In this document: piece by piece, positions 41,393-53,429 of the stretch | Layout: the number at the start of each line of letters is the position of its first letter | Position numbering within the stretch: position 1 is the stretch's first letter | DNA from: Prasinococcaceae sp. CCMP 1430 | Lineage: Eukaryota; Plantae; Prasinodermophyta | Assembly (NCBI GenBank): GCA_013416795.1 | Contig: RQSC01000026.1 | Coordinates: 157,701 to 221,700 of the forward strand | DNA: 64,000 nucleotides | Direction: 5' to 3' | The notes under the pieces: generated by a model | Database searches by the model: none | What the model was told of the DNA's origin: nothing | What the model saw: the letters and a program-made list of their open reading frames with translations, nothing else | Program-made: the position numbers and the translations under genes

Positions 41393-44108
41393 GCGTCGGC
41401 GTTCGTGCGAGAGGCACTCGAGGACATGCTGCAGGAGCAGCGAAGGGAGAAGCACCCGTCGTCCCCCGAGTCGGTCGCCCGCTCCTCGTATTCCAGCAAA
41501 GGCAGCCTCCTGGAGGCCGAGGCGGCGCTGCTGGCGCACCAGGGCAGCGGCGGCTCGGGAAACTTCGGCAACTTTGGCGCAGATGAGCGCGGGCTCTCGA
41601 GTTTCACGCGGCGCGCGTCGGTGCGGCGCATGGCCGCCGAGACCAGCTTCTCGGCGCGCACCTTCTGGCTGGAGCTTTTCTACCATCAATTCTTTCCACT
41701 GTCCGTGCCATTGATGGCCGCGCTCGAGGGGGGCGTGCGAATGGCGGTGAGCAACCGCATCTTCGTTGTACCGCTGCGCGCCTCGCGCGGCGGCGGCCCG
41801 ACGGCGGTCGTTTTCTGCGCGCTGCAATTCATCTGCTGCTTGGGAATGTGGGCGTCGTGGGTGATGCTGGTGCTCGCGTACACCGCGTTCGCCGGCGAGA
41901 CCGCGTTCGGCCGCGGCGTGCGACCCATGACCCTCGACGTGTGCATCACCAACGTCCTGTGGCTGCTCAGGAACCTCGTCGTGGCGACCAAGTACGCATA
42001 CGTGCCGCGCGTGGAGTACGACGTTTTGCGCAAGCGCATGCTCACGCGGGAGGAGCACGGCCTCCGCATGATGGGTGGCGGCTGGCGCGACCCTCTGCAG
42101 TCGCGGCAAGTGGCGCGCGAGCTCATGCTGGCGGCGATGCGCCGCCGCGTCATCGCGCGCGCCTCGGCGGGCGGCTTCCGCGTGTCGTCGGCAGGGGAGG
42201 TGTGGTGGGCGCAGCAGCTGGCGCGGCTGCGCAGAAGCCGCGGCGACACCATGCGCGAGAGCGTGGGAGACTCGGAGGTCGCGCGGTTGAGCGATAAGAC
42301 CGCAGGCGAGGACAACCAGGACGCCCTTCCAAGCAACAACGTTCTAAACAACGGCAGCTCCGCCATGCCGCGCATTACTGAGGAGGTGGCGAATGGCGGC
42401 GTGAACAGCAGCGGCGAGTGCGACGCCACGGACGGCGTCACAGACGCCGAAAGAGGCCGCACGAAGGGGTCCAGTGAGCGCCGACTCGGGCGCTTACGGA
42501 CACCGGGTGTGGCCGAGTCCAAGGCGCCGGCGCCGTTGGCAGGCGCCGCTGTGGGCGTCAGCTCGCCATCGCCATCGTCAGCTGATGACGATGATGCCGC
42601 ACTGAGCAATGACTGCTGCGAGGGCCCGCCATCGCGCAAGGCCTTCGCGCAAGAGCTGCTGGAGACGTTCCCTCTGGACCCGGAGGACGGCCTCTCGGCC
42701 GCGTTTTACACGACCGCCACGGAGTGGTTGAACGTCGGTGAGGCGGAGCTCGCGGACGGGTACGGCCTTGCGTGCTCGCGGGGCGAGCAGCGGCTGTGCG
42801 CCGAGGCGGACGCACGCGACTCGATGCAGGACGGCACGTCCTTCGTGCCGATGCGCGTCATCGCCGCGTACATCGTGCACCGCGCCACGGGGAGCAACGA
42901 GCGGCGAGCGCGGCAGATGATCGCGGCCGAGCGGGCCAGCGCCTTGAAGAGGCGCAGCATCGCGGACGGGCCGGGCGATCCCATCGGCACGCCGCAGGAC
43001 TCCAGCGGCACCGATTGGATGTGGCTCGCCATCTGGATCAACGCTATCCTGGGCTCGCTCATCTCGCCCCTGTGGCGGCTGATAGGCCTCGACACGCGCT
43101 CTGGCGCCACGTGGGCGCTCAGCGCCATCCTCTACCCTATGTCCTTCTTCGGCCTGCTGTCGTCGGTGCTCTTCGTGGTGGTGGCCGGCATCGACTTCGC
43201 CCGGCGTTCGCGCTTCTCATTCCAGCTCAACGCTCTTCTCGTCTCGGGGACGATCGGGGGGGACCCTCCAGAGCAGCCCATCGTCATGACCTCGCGGCGG
43301 CGGGACGTGATGGCCGGCAAGGGCACCAGGGCGTGCTGCAAGCGCACGGCACGGCTGAGGCTGTCGCTCGAGGCCCTCGAGGCGCGCCTCTCCGTCCACT
43401 GGGCGTACGCGGAGAGCGCGCAGGCGTGGCTTGCAGCGCGACAGCTGCTCATGGACTTCGGGAGGATGTACATAAGGTACTGGGTAAGGGCACTGGGAGG
43501 CGCTTCTTACAGCGCACGTGCCAGTGTGTGTGTGTGCCTGTGCGTGTGTGCGTGCGTTGTGTGCGCGCGCGTGTGGCGCATGCACAGACAGCGCTGACGC
43601 CAAGCGCGGCACGCGCGACATCACTGGCAGCCGCATCAAGCTTTTCCTGTACTTTTACGCGGCATACGTGGTCGCCCTGGTGGCGGTAATCTTCGGCGCC
43701 CTCATCGCCGACAACAACTGCTGCGACAACACCGACGGCTACCTGATCACGCAGGTGATATACCACGTGGTGATCTTCCTCGCGCTGCTGGCGCGTGTGG
43801 CGTTCGCCGCGGGGGACTACAACGACATGAACCAGCGACAGCTCACTAGCCTCGCGGCGCTGCGCATGGCGCTGCGGCAGCGCCTGCACCGCGACCGCGA
43901 CATGCACCGCTGCGAGAGGGCGCGCGCCGAGGCGTCGCTCGACGCGCTGGGCATTGCCGCCGAGGCCGTCTCCGCCGACAACGCCGTCAACGTCCTCAGG
44001 GTGGTCGGCTTCGCCAGCGGGTACAGCCTCATAGCCTTCCTCGGCGCCATCGTAGGCGCCGCAGCCGCCATCGGCGCAGAGCAGATCTACAACAGCGGCT
44101 CCAACTAG
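41393..44108 (+). CDS. Multi-pass membrane protein, PHTF-like / 7TM ion-channel (OR/GR superfamily)-like; intron 43477-43630; 5' end uncertain
   Basis: About 7 hydrophobic helices with a long polar loop after TM2; motifs ISPLWRL, VAGIDFARR, AQAWLAARQLL, LLARVAFAAGDYN, LRVVGF plus terminal helix. Confidence 0.6.
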
Positions 44109-44366
44109 CAGAGCACAGACAAGGGCGGCCGCGCAAACGCGAAGGTGTCCGCTGTAGACGAGCGCGCGCACGTGCACATCGTACAATATGTATGTACCAA
44201 GGGTTTAGCACTGGCACTGTCAAGTGTGTGTGTGTCTGTGTGTGTAGCACTGTGTGTGTGGTGTGCGTGCGCACGCGCGTGCGGGCGCGATTGCTCGAAA
44301 CATACGCGCGCGCGCACACACATAGGCATGCACACGCACGTGCACAATTACTCAGTGAGTGTGTGT

Positions 44367-44403
<37 letters not shown>

Positions 44404-44414
44404 TGCGCACGCGT

Positions 44415-44656
44415 TCACGCGGCCACCCTTCGGAAGGTCTCCACGCACGACACCTCCTCGCCGGCGGTGCCATCGATCTGCCGCGGCGTGAAGGATCTTT
44501 CGACCGTCATGACGCCCGCGGACGCGTCCACCGCGCGCGCGCAGCGCTCCCAGCCGAGCGGCGTGCCCGACTCGGTGACGTGAGACACCTCGCCACACGG
44601 ACGGCGCACCCACGTCGTGCAGCGAAACACCGTGCGGCTGTCGTCGCTGCGCGCGC

Positions 44657-44697
<41 letters not shown>

Positions 44698-45445
44698 TGA
44701 GTGAGTGAGCTTAGCCAAGCAACGCCTGCGCGCGCACACACGCACACGCACGCACACTTGCACACGCACACACACACACACTTGCGCGCGCGCGCACGCA
44801 CCCGCTTCCGCCGTCTCCGCCCGCCCCACCTGCTCCGAAGATCGTGGAGGGCCCCTCGAGCGGCTCCTCCCACTCTCCCACGGGGTACACACACGCGCGG
44901 TCGGGCCGTCCCGGCGTGCTCGACGTCAGCACGAACGCGCCGCTCGCCTGTGCGCGCGCGAACACACACATACACACGTACACGCGCGCGCGTGCGAGCG
45001 CGCGCGCGCGCGCGCGCAAGACGCGCGCGGCACGTGCACGGCGTGTGTGCGCGTGCGATGTGTGCGCACGTGTGCGGGCGCGTCGAAGTGGTGGCGAGCA
45101 CGCGTCAGAATGCGCTCACGTGCATACTCGCACGCGCGTGCAACCACGCGCGCACACACGCAGTGCGTGTGCGTGTGCGTGTGCGTGTGCGTGTGCGTGT
45201 GCGTGTGCGTGTGCGACGCACACAGACACGCGCACACACCTCCTCGTCTTCCGGGTCGGCTGCTGCGTTGGCCCGCTCCCAGCGCACGTCGTAGGGCGCC
45301 TCGGCGAGCCGCGCCGCCTGGCCATCGCGTGTGTCAGCGCCGCGCCAGACAGCGTGTAACGCGCTCTCTCAAGCGCTGTGTGTGCACCCGCGCGCGTGCG
45401 CGCGCGCGTGCATGTGTCTGGACATGTGTGTAGGTACGTGCGTGT

Positions 45446-45493
<48 letters not shown>

Positions 45494-45700
45494 GCGCGCG
45501 CGCGTGTGTGCGCGCGTGTGTGCGTGCATGTGTTCTGTGTGCATCCACTCACGCACCTCGTCGTGCTCGTGGCCGTGCGCGCAAAGGTACGCGCACGCCG
45601 CAGCGTGCGCGTCTGATCCGGGTGCGGGTGGCGCGCGCGCCCACGCGCCCTCGAACGCCGCCTGCGCGGAGAACAGCGCGTCGGCGCCCTCGCCAGTGCA
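44415..45700 (-). CDS. FABP/lipocalin (calycin)-like protein; exons about 45557-45690, 45240-45317, 44802-44947 and 44415-44646
   Basis: Phase-consistent exons. N-terminal FEGAW (GxW), then a helix pair, beta-strand-like segments and C-terminal CVETFRR. Confidence 0.5.
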
Positions 45701-46361
45701 CGCACACACACACGCGCGCACACGAGCGTTTGTGCGTGTGTGCGCGGGCCAGACGCCGCGCGCGCGCGCGCGCGCGTGCGCGCCCACACGCGCGCATGGC
45801 TTGATCTGCGCGCCGCGCGCCGCCATCCTTGCCGCCTGCCCCGTCTGCGCACGCGCGCGCACGTGTGGCACGCACACGCACACGCACACACGCACACGCA
45901 CATGCACGCACACGCACGTGCACGCACACGCACACACGCACGCGCACGCGCACACGCACACACAGACGACGGTTTGGATAAGGTTCAGGTTACGTTTTAG
46001 GGTAGCTTTTGGCATGGCATCATTGGCATGGCATCAATGATCAATAAAATACATCACCGTGTGCTGTCCCCTGATGGTAGGGTTCGGGTTGGGACGAACG
46101 CGAGCGCGTGTGTGAGTGGCGTGTGGGAGCTGTTACGCGTGTGCATGCTCGCGCGCGTGTGTGTGCGCGCGTGTGTGTGTGTGCGTGTGTGTGTGTGTGC
46201 GTGTGTGTGTGTGTGTCTGTGTGTGTGTGTGTGTATGTGTGTCACACCACGCGCGTGCGCGCGTGCACGTGCGCGCGCGCGCGTGCGCGCGCGCGCGAGG
46301 GCGTCCGACCACGAACGCACACGCGCGTACGGCCGCACGCACGCGCTCGCTCGCGCGCGCG

Positions 46362-46517
46362 ATGGGCGCGCTGGGCTCCGCGCCGGCGCCGCCCGGCGTC
46401 GCCCCCGCGCGCATCACCTTCGTGGGCAACAGCCTCACATACTTCAACGGCGGCGTGTATAAGGTGAACCCAAAGCGCCAGGCGCGCGCTGCGTGGCACG
46501 AACTGTGTGCATGCGTG

Positions 46518-46570
<53 letters not shown>

Positions 46571-47305
46571 TGTGTGTGTGTGTGTGTGTGTTTGTGCGTG
46601 CGTGTTTGTGTGTGTGTGAAGTGTGCGTGCCAATCTGTGCGTACGTACCTGCCACCATCGGTCGATCGAACGCACGCGCTCACCGCGCTGACACGCGCTG
46701 GGCCGCACGCACAAGGAGCTCGCGCGCGTCGCGCCCGCGGGCGCCGTCGTCGCCGTCGACGACGTCACGCAGGGCGGCGCGCCGCTCGCGCTGCTCGCAG
46801 GAAGAGCGGTCGCGCACCTCGCCGGCGAGGGCGGCGCGGACGACGCGGGGAAGGACGACGCCAGGAGGGTGCTCGTGCTGCAGGAGGACATGCCAGGTGC
46901 GTGCGTGCACGTGCGTGTGCGTGTGTGCACGTGTGCGTCCGTGAGTGCGTGAGTGCGCGCGCGCGGGTGCGTTTGTGTGTGTGTGTCTGTGCGTGCGTAT
47001 TACGCTTGTGTGTGTGTGTGTGTGTGTGTGTGTCTTTGTATGCGTGTGCATGTGCATGTGCATGTGTGCGTGTGTGTGCGTATGCGCATGCGTGTGCATG
47101 CGCTCACGCGCGCACTTGCGCGCGCAGAGACCACCCCGCCCGAGTTCCGCGCGGCCGCCGCGCGCATCGCCGCTGCTGCGCGCGAGCGCGGATGGGAGGT
47201 GGTGCTCATGGCGTGCTGGCCGTACGACACTGGGGGGCGCACGGGCACCACCGTGTACAGCGACACCATGGTCATCAAGGAGCACAGGTATGTTGTGGGC
47301 ACGCG

Positions 47306-47369
<64 letters not shown>

Positions 47370-47651
47370 CACACACGCACATATACGCGCACATACGCGC
47401 ACGCACGTGCGTGTGCTCTCTCGTTCGTTCGTTCTGTCCGCATGCTGACACGCACGCGCGCGCGCGCGCACGCGCACACGCACGCGCACGCGCACGCGCA
47501 CGCGCGCGTGCTCAGGCGCGTGGGCGCCTCGATCGGCGCGCGCGTGGCCCCCGCGGGCCTCGCCAAGCTGCGGTGCGAGGCCGCGCTGCCCGGCGTGGCG
47601 CTGCTCGCCGAGGACGGCGAGCACCCCTCGGCGGCGCTCACGCACGTGCAG
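46362..47651 (+). CDS. SGNH/GDSL-type hydrolase; exons 46362-46463, 46716-46896, 47128-47287 and 47516-47651; last exon missing
   Basis: Block [15 protein letters not shown], block V DGEHPS; intron phases consistent. Confidence 0.8.
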
Positions 47652-47737
47652 GTGCGCTCTTTGCGCGCCCGCGCGCGTGTGTGCCTGCCCTTGTCAATAT
47701 GTGAGTGTGTGCATGTGTGTGTGTGTGAGCGTGTGCA

Positions 47738-47779
<42 letters not shown>

Positions 47780-47881
47780 TTCTCTCTGTCTTACGCACAC
47801 GCATGTGTGCGCCCACGCCCCCGCACACACACACACTCACACTCACACACAAACACACACACCAAACAAAAAAAAAAATAG

Positions 47882-48806
47882 GCCGTATACGATCACCAAG
47901 CAGCGCGAGTCCTGGACGGACGCCGAGCACACCAAGTTCATCGAGGCGCTCAAGCTCTACAACCGCGAGTGGAAGATGATCGAGGCGTACGTGGGCACCA
48001 AGACGGTCATCCAGATCCGCTCGCACGCGCAGAAGTACTTCCTCAAGGTCCAGAAGCTCGGCACGGGCGAGCACGTGCCGCCGCCGCGGCCCAAGCGCAA
48101 GAGCCTGCAGCCGTATCCGCACAAGGCCGAGACGAAGACGCCCCGCACCAGTGGCGGGCGCTCGCGCAGCGGCAGTGCGTCGTCGCGCTCGCGCAGCAGC
48201 GGCAGGAAGAACGCGTCGGGGGCCAAGGGCACCGCCAAGGCGGCGTCGGCGCGGGGTGCCAGCAAGAAGGCCGCGGCGGCGGGGCGAGCCGCCGCGGCCG
48301 CCGCGGCGGAGCTGCCCCCGATGCAGCCCACGATGCCGGACTTCTCGGTGGTGTACTCGCTGGTGAGCACGATGTTCGGCCCCGCGTGCAGCCTGCGCGA
48401 CCCGCTGGAGGAGGGCGCCGCGGCTGGCGCGGACGGCGGGGCGGCCGGCGCCCAGGCGCATGGCGCGCCCGCCGGCGGCGCCGACGCCGAGGTGGACCCG
48501 TCGGACAGCCTCCTCTCGATGGCCCCCATCGACCGCGAGACCGCGCTGCTGCTGCTCACCAACCTCACGAACAACCTGCAGTCGCGGGAGGTTTGGAGCA
48601 AGGAGATATGCAAGCTCAGCAGCTACGGCAAGCAGCTCCTCGAGGCGGACGACCCGCGCAGCATACCCACCAGGAGCCTCCCCGGGCACGAGACAATAAC
48701 GTGTCGCGGCGGCCTCGTGGACGTCGACGCCGCGCGCGAGGTGCTGGCCAGCGGGGGCGGGCTCGCGTTGCAGCCCCACTGCAACGTGGCCGCGGCGGCC
48801 GTCTGA
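47882..48806 (+). CDS. RVE: REVEILLE (RVE8/LCL-clade) single-MYB clock transcription factor; first exon missing
   Basis: [37 protein letters not shown], and LCL domain PDF..VY..F / [16 protein letters not shown]. Confidence 0.9.
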
Positions 48807-49169
48807 ATGGGCCGGCCGTCCTGGCCGCCTCGAGGCCGCGAGACGACGCGGGCGGGCCCCTCCCCCCCAACCCCCCCATCTGCAAGGCGCTCCGACGGCA
48901 CGGCCACTGGCCGCACAGTTTTGCGACGCGACCGAGAGCGAGGCGGCGGCGCGCAGGCATGGCGCCGCTCGACTGCGGCGTCAGACCGCGCAAGCCTCGC
49001 TCGACAATTTTGACCCCGATCTTGTAAGCTCGACATAGCTGCTTTTTTTTGTTCACATCGCGACCTCCGGCGCATCGCGCGTGCGCCTCGCCTCCCGCGG
49101 AGCGCACCGGCGCCGCAGCTCGCCCGCGTTGCCTTGACGGCGCGCGTCGTGGCGGCGCATCCGCCTCCC

Positions 49170-49230
<61 letters not shown>

Positions 49231-49352
49231 GCGCGTGCCACTGCGTCCAGGGGAGCGTCTGCGCTGCGTTGGATACGGTTCAAAACGAATGATGCCGCGG
49301 GCCATGGGGGGGGGAGCCGGGAGGGTCTGAGGTCGCACGGCGCTCCGACACC

Positions 49353-50840
49353 TCAGAGGGCAGCCTCGCCCATCTCGACGCCTTTGCCGTTGGCGGCGAC
49401 GAGGTTGTCCTCCATGTGCACCCACTTCCAGCCGCGGCGGCGGCTGCGCCAGCGCGAGAGCGCGACGGCGGCGCCCGCGAGCAGCGCGCCCACCGCCACC
49501 GACACGCCGACGCCGACGCCGATCGTCGTGTTGTCGATGGAGTTGCCGCGGTAGGTCTCTCCCTGCGCGCGCGCACACACACACACACACGCACGGGTGC
49601 CGGCGTGCGCGTGCGCGTGCGGTGTCAGACGGCGGCGTGGGCGCGCGGGTGGGGCGCCCGAGGCGATGTTCGCACGCGCGCGTGTGCGCGGGCGGGCGTC
49701 CGTGCGCGCGGGCGCTCGCGTGGACGCACGCGCGCGACGCGTCGCGAGGCACCCCCCCAGCACCCGCCGCACGCGCGCACTCACACATGCGCACACGCGC
49801 GCGTCCTCACAACGCACGCGCACACGACGCACACGCACTCGCGCCGCGCGCGCGTCGCGCGTTTCCCTCACCTTCGCGAGCGTGTACGGCCCCGCCTCCC
49901 AGTGCGCCTCGCTGAGCCCGAATCCCGTCCAGCGCTTCAGCTGCTCGCCGAGCTCCCCGAGCGCCCCGCCGCCGTCGCGCCCCGCCGCGGCGTCGAGCCG
50001 CGCGAGCACGTCCGAGGCGACTGCCTCGCTCTCGGCGCCCACGTGAAAGAGCACGTGCATGCACAGCGAGCCCTCCGGGTGGGCCGCAGGCTCGTCGTCC
50101 TCCGAATCCGAGCCGTCGTCGTCCGAAAGGTCGTCTTCGTGGGCGTGGCCGTGGTCGTGCACGTCGCAGTCGAGCTCGTAGTCCATCCCCTCGAGCTTGA
50201 CGTTCTTGGGCTCCACGCCCGCCACGCCCGCAACGGCCGCCGAGAACCTCGCGTCCTCCTTGTACGACCACTGGTACGAGCTCGGGTCGGCCAGGTCGAC
50301 ATTGCTGCCCACAGGGTACACGATGTGGAGCTGGGCCTCCACGCGGTAGTCGTGGATGTTCATGTACTCGTGGACGCCCGTGCCCACCACCTTGCACCAC
50401 ATGACCGTGTTGGCGCCGCTGTCGCACTCGACGAGCGGCAGCTCCGCCTCGATCTCGCGCGCGTGCGAGCTCGACATGGCGCGCATGCGAAGCTTGAGGT
50501 CGACGCAGGCGGCGGCGTCGTTCTCCAGGCAGCACCCGCCGCCGCGCATGGCCTGGGCGGAGATCAGGGCCACGTCGGAGTAGGTGGGCGCGTGCGGCTT
50601 GGCGTCCTCGCCCGCCCAGCGCGCGGCGTCGGGCGCGGCGGCCCTGAGCGCGGCGAGCGCGTAGTCGGCGCCGGCGTCGGCGGCGAGCGACAGCGAGCCG
50701 CGCGACACGCCCGCGGAGCCGGAGTCGGTCGTGAGCGCGTCGTCCGTCAGGCGGGCGCGCACCGTCGCCTCCACGTAGTTGGCCCACGCCGCGGACGCGA
50801 CCGCCGACGCCGTCGGCTGGGTCGTGTCGACCATGGCCAT
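49353..50840 (-). CDS. Unknown single-pass (type I-like) membrane protein with Cys and His/Asp-rich ectodomain; intron 49563-49871; 5' end uncertain
   Basis: GC3-biased ORF; C-terminal TM IGVGVGVSVAVGALLAGAAVAL followed by RWRSRRR. Confidence 0.65.
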   Translation of the reverse strand: MAMVDTTQPTASAVASAAWANYVEATVRARLTDDALTTDSGSAGVSRGSLSLAADAGADYALAALRAAAPDAARWAGEDAKPHAPTYSDVALISAQAMRGGGCCLENDAAACVDLKLRMRAMSSSHAREIEAELPLVECDSGANTVMWCKVVGTGVHEYMNIHDYRVEAQLHIVYPVGSNVDLADPSSYQWSYKEDARFSAAVAGVAGVEPKNVKLEGMDYELDCDVHDHGHAHEDDLSDDDGSDSEDDEPAAHPEGSLCMHVLFHVGAESEAVASDVLARLDAAAGRDGGGALGELGEQLKRWTGFGLSEAHWEAGPYTLAKVRETRDARAARVRVRRVRVRCEDARVCACVSARVRRVLGGCLATRRARASTRAPARTDARPRTRARANIASGAPPARPRRRLTPHAHAHAGTRACVCVCARAQGETYRGNSIDNTTIGVGVGVSVAVGALLAGAAVALSRWRSRRRGWKWVHMEDNLVAANGKGVEMGEAAL

Positions 50841-52098
50841 CGCGCCCACGAGCGCCCGCCCGCCCGCGCAAGCAGGCACGCGCACACGCGCGTGGGTGGG
50901 TGGGTGGGCGGGTGGGTGGGTGGCTCGCACCTCCACCCCGCGCGCGTGTGGCGCTCCTCCTCCCGCGTCTGCGCACCCGCGCCCGCACGGGCACGCCACA
51001 CACACGCGCACACACGCGCGCGCACACGGCTGCCGACAATGCAGCAGCAGCGGCGCGATCGAGGCGCGCGCCGCGCGGGGAACTCGCGGAACGCCGCCGT
51101 CGAATGCGCCCTCTTGTCCGCGGTTCTCCCCAGTCTCTTCGAACGCGCTGTGCGGCCGCTCGCGCGCGCGCCGCCCGCACCGAAATGGACTTCCGTCGAT
51201 CGCACCGCCGCCCCCCCCTCCCACGGGCAGGCACCCGCACACGTGGGCGTGAAACCCTTCACGCGCCGAGAGATTCAAATACGACAAATGCCTCGCTTAA
51301 AACACGGTTCCGAAATGCTCTCTGTGCGATGGTGGTACATCTCATGCACGCGATGAAATGCGGGTCGCACCGAATTATACCGCGGTGATTTAATGTGGAA
51401 AATCCGGGGGAAAATGCAATGCGAGTATCGTATTTTTCTGGAATGAATTGGGTTTGGAATTGAATTCCGTGGCGCGTTCCCCCGCGCGCGCGAGCGCCCG
51501 GCGGCGGGCCGCCGGCCGGCCCCCGCAGGGAGGGAGAGTCGCCGACCGCCCATTTCGGCGGGGGCCTCGGCCGCGCGACGCACGAGGTGGAACGGCGAAA
51601 ACTGCGGCGGAGGCGGCGTTTCGACGGCGGCCTTCCGCGAGTTCGGCCGGGGCGTGTGCCCGCCGCGCGCGGGTCCCACCCGGCCGGCCAGGGCCTGCCT
51701 GCGTGCGGCGCACATGCCCGCGCGCAGCATCCTGTCTGTAGTCTACTCACTACTACTCGGGCGCCGCGCGGGGGGAGAAGGGGGAGGAGTTGGGTGAGAC
51801 GAGCGAGGCGCTGTGCGCGCAGCCGGCTGCCCGCGGAGAGGCGCCAGGGGCAGGCGACCCCGCCTGGCTGGCCCGCGCACGCAGCCGCGCGCGCCGCGAA
51901 TTGATTTTGCCCTGGAAGGCGCCCGTGGGTGAAAGTGACTTATATTAGAATGTTGATATCAAGGGTTCGCTTGCGGTTCGCAGGCGGGAACGACGCGCCC
52001 AATGGGGTGCGTGTTATAGGGTCTACAAAAAGCGAAACGTGCGTGCACACGCACGCACGCGTGTGTGTGTGTGAGTGTGTGCGTGTGTGTGTGTGCAC

Positions 52099-52567
52099 TC
52101 ACGTCTCCCACGCGTCGCCGGCGTGCTCGCGCACCCACGCGCCAATCTGCTCCGCGCGCTCCGCGGGCAGCGTGTGGCCGTGCGGGTGCTCCACCACGTC
52201 GCCGCCCAGCGCGATCGCCAGCTGCATGCCCTGGCTGTACGGGTTGACGCCCTGCACCCCACGCGCGTCGCGCATACGTGTCAGCTCGGTGTACACACAC
52301 ACACGCACACACACACAGACGCACACACACACGCACACACACACACGCACACACACACACACACTCTCGCGCCCGCACATCTTCTGGGCTGAGCACGTGC
52401 AGTATGTCCGGACCCTCGTACGCGGCCCCCCTCGGGCCGAGCCTCTGTCGCACGTTCTCGGCGACGTCCCCCGCGTGCGGCCGCGGCCACGCGGCGCCCG
52501 ACAGCACGCACGCGCGCGCGTCGGGCAGCAAGCGACGCGCCAGCAGGACGCCGAGCAACATGGCGCC
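52099..52567 (-). CDS. FSH1/OVCA2-like serine hydrolase, last two exons (52379-52567 and 52099-52251)
   Basis: (Q)|GAM, LSGAAWP, ILHVLSPED, VVEHPHGH (catalytic Asp/His region); exon carrying the nucleophile lost at N 52659. Confidence 0.7.
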
Positions 52568-52596
52568 CTGCCCAGACGCGTGCGTGCGTGCGTGTG

Positions 52597-52658
<62 letters not shown>

Positions 52659-52662
52659 NTAC

Positions 52663-53049
52663 CTGAAGTCTTTGTCATGCGATCCGATCTGTGCGCATTG
52701 CATGCGGCGCGCGCGATCGGCCGCCGCGATCATCGGGCGCGCAGGCGAGGCACGACGGAGCGTGCCGTCGTGCGGTTGTCAGCGGCGGTCGTCAGCAGCC
52801 GGCGCGCACGAAACGAAACGCGCACAAGTGCGTAGGCGCCTGCAATGCGCGCGGCGCGGCGGCGCCCCATCGCGATCTGACTCGCGGCAGGCGGCGCGTG
52901 GCGACTCCCCAGCAGCCGCGCACGCAGCCACCACCGGGGTGCCGCGCCCAACCCCACCACCACTCCATCTCCGCCCCTGTGCGGCGCGCGCGCGGCCGCC
53001 CCGCCCGCACCTTGTCCAGGATCTCGCGGATCCTCGCCCCCGACGGCAT
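52663..53049 (-). CDS. CAND1: CAND1 first two exons only (53011-53049 and 52663-52688)
   Basis: Spliced MPSGARIREILDK|IGSHDKDFR matches the CAND1 N-terminus (I..LLEKM...DKDFR); cut at N 52659. Confidence 0.75.
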
Positions 53050-53429
53050 GGCCGCAGCCGGCCGCCTCGGCGGCCTCCTCGGCCTCCTCTCCCGGCTCTG
53101 CCACCGAGAGCCGCTGCCAGCGGCCTTGCACGGCCTCGGGCGCCGACCCTCCCACCCACACCCCCCGCCTCCGGTCGCCTCGCTGCGCCGCGCCGCGCCG
53201 CGTGCGGGGCGTGTGGCGGCGGCGCTGTGCACGCGCGCGCGTGAGGCGTTTTGTCAGTTGTTTTTTCCTTGTGTTTATGTGTGCATTGCAGCAGGTGGCG
53301 TTTGATGGCGCTTCGCGCAATCATGGCTTATTACATGCAACGGCGGAGTTGGACGGGGGCCGCGTGGCGCTCGGCCGGATGATCGCGGCACGCACCGACT
53401 CTTTGCTGCACGGTGTATGCAACTTGCCA

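Larger units (their letters stand above)
44220..49860. repeat. Domain of dense (CA)n/(TG)n/(CG)n microsatellites filling introns and UTRs; also at 52050-52660 and 61560-62077
   Basis: Directly visible alternating purine-pyrimidine tracts. Confidence 0.95.

Noticed and set aside
46953-48806. SGNH-MYB fusion suggested by the 617-aa ORF
   Set aside because: Read-through of microsatellite introns; exon phases (0 versus 2) are incompatible
44100-49300. Cys-Val or His-Thr repeat proteins in the ORF track
   Set aside because: Translations of non-coding (TG)n/(CA)n tracts
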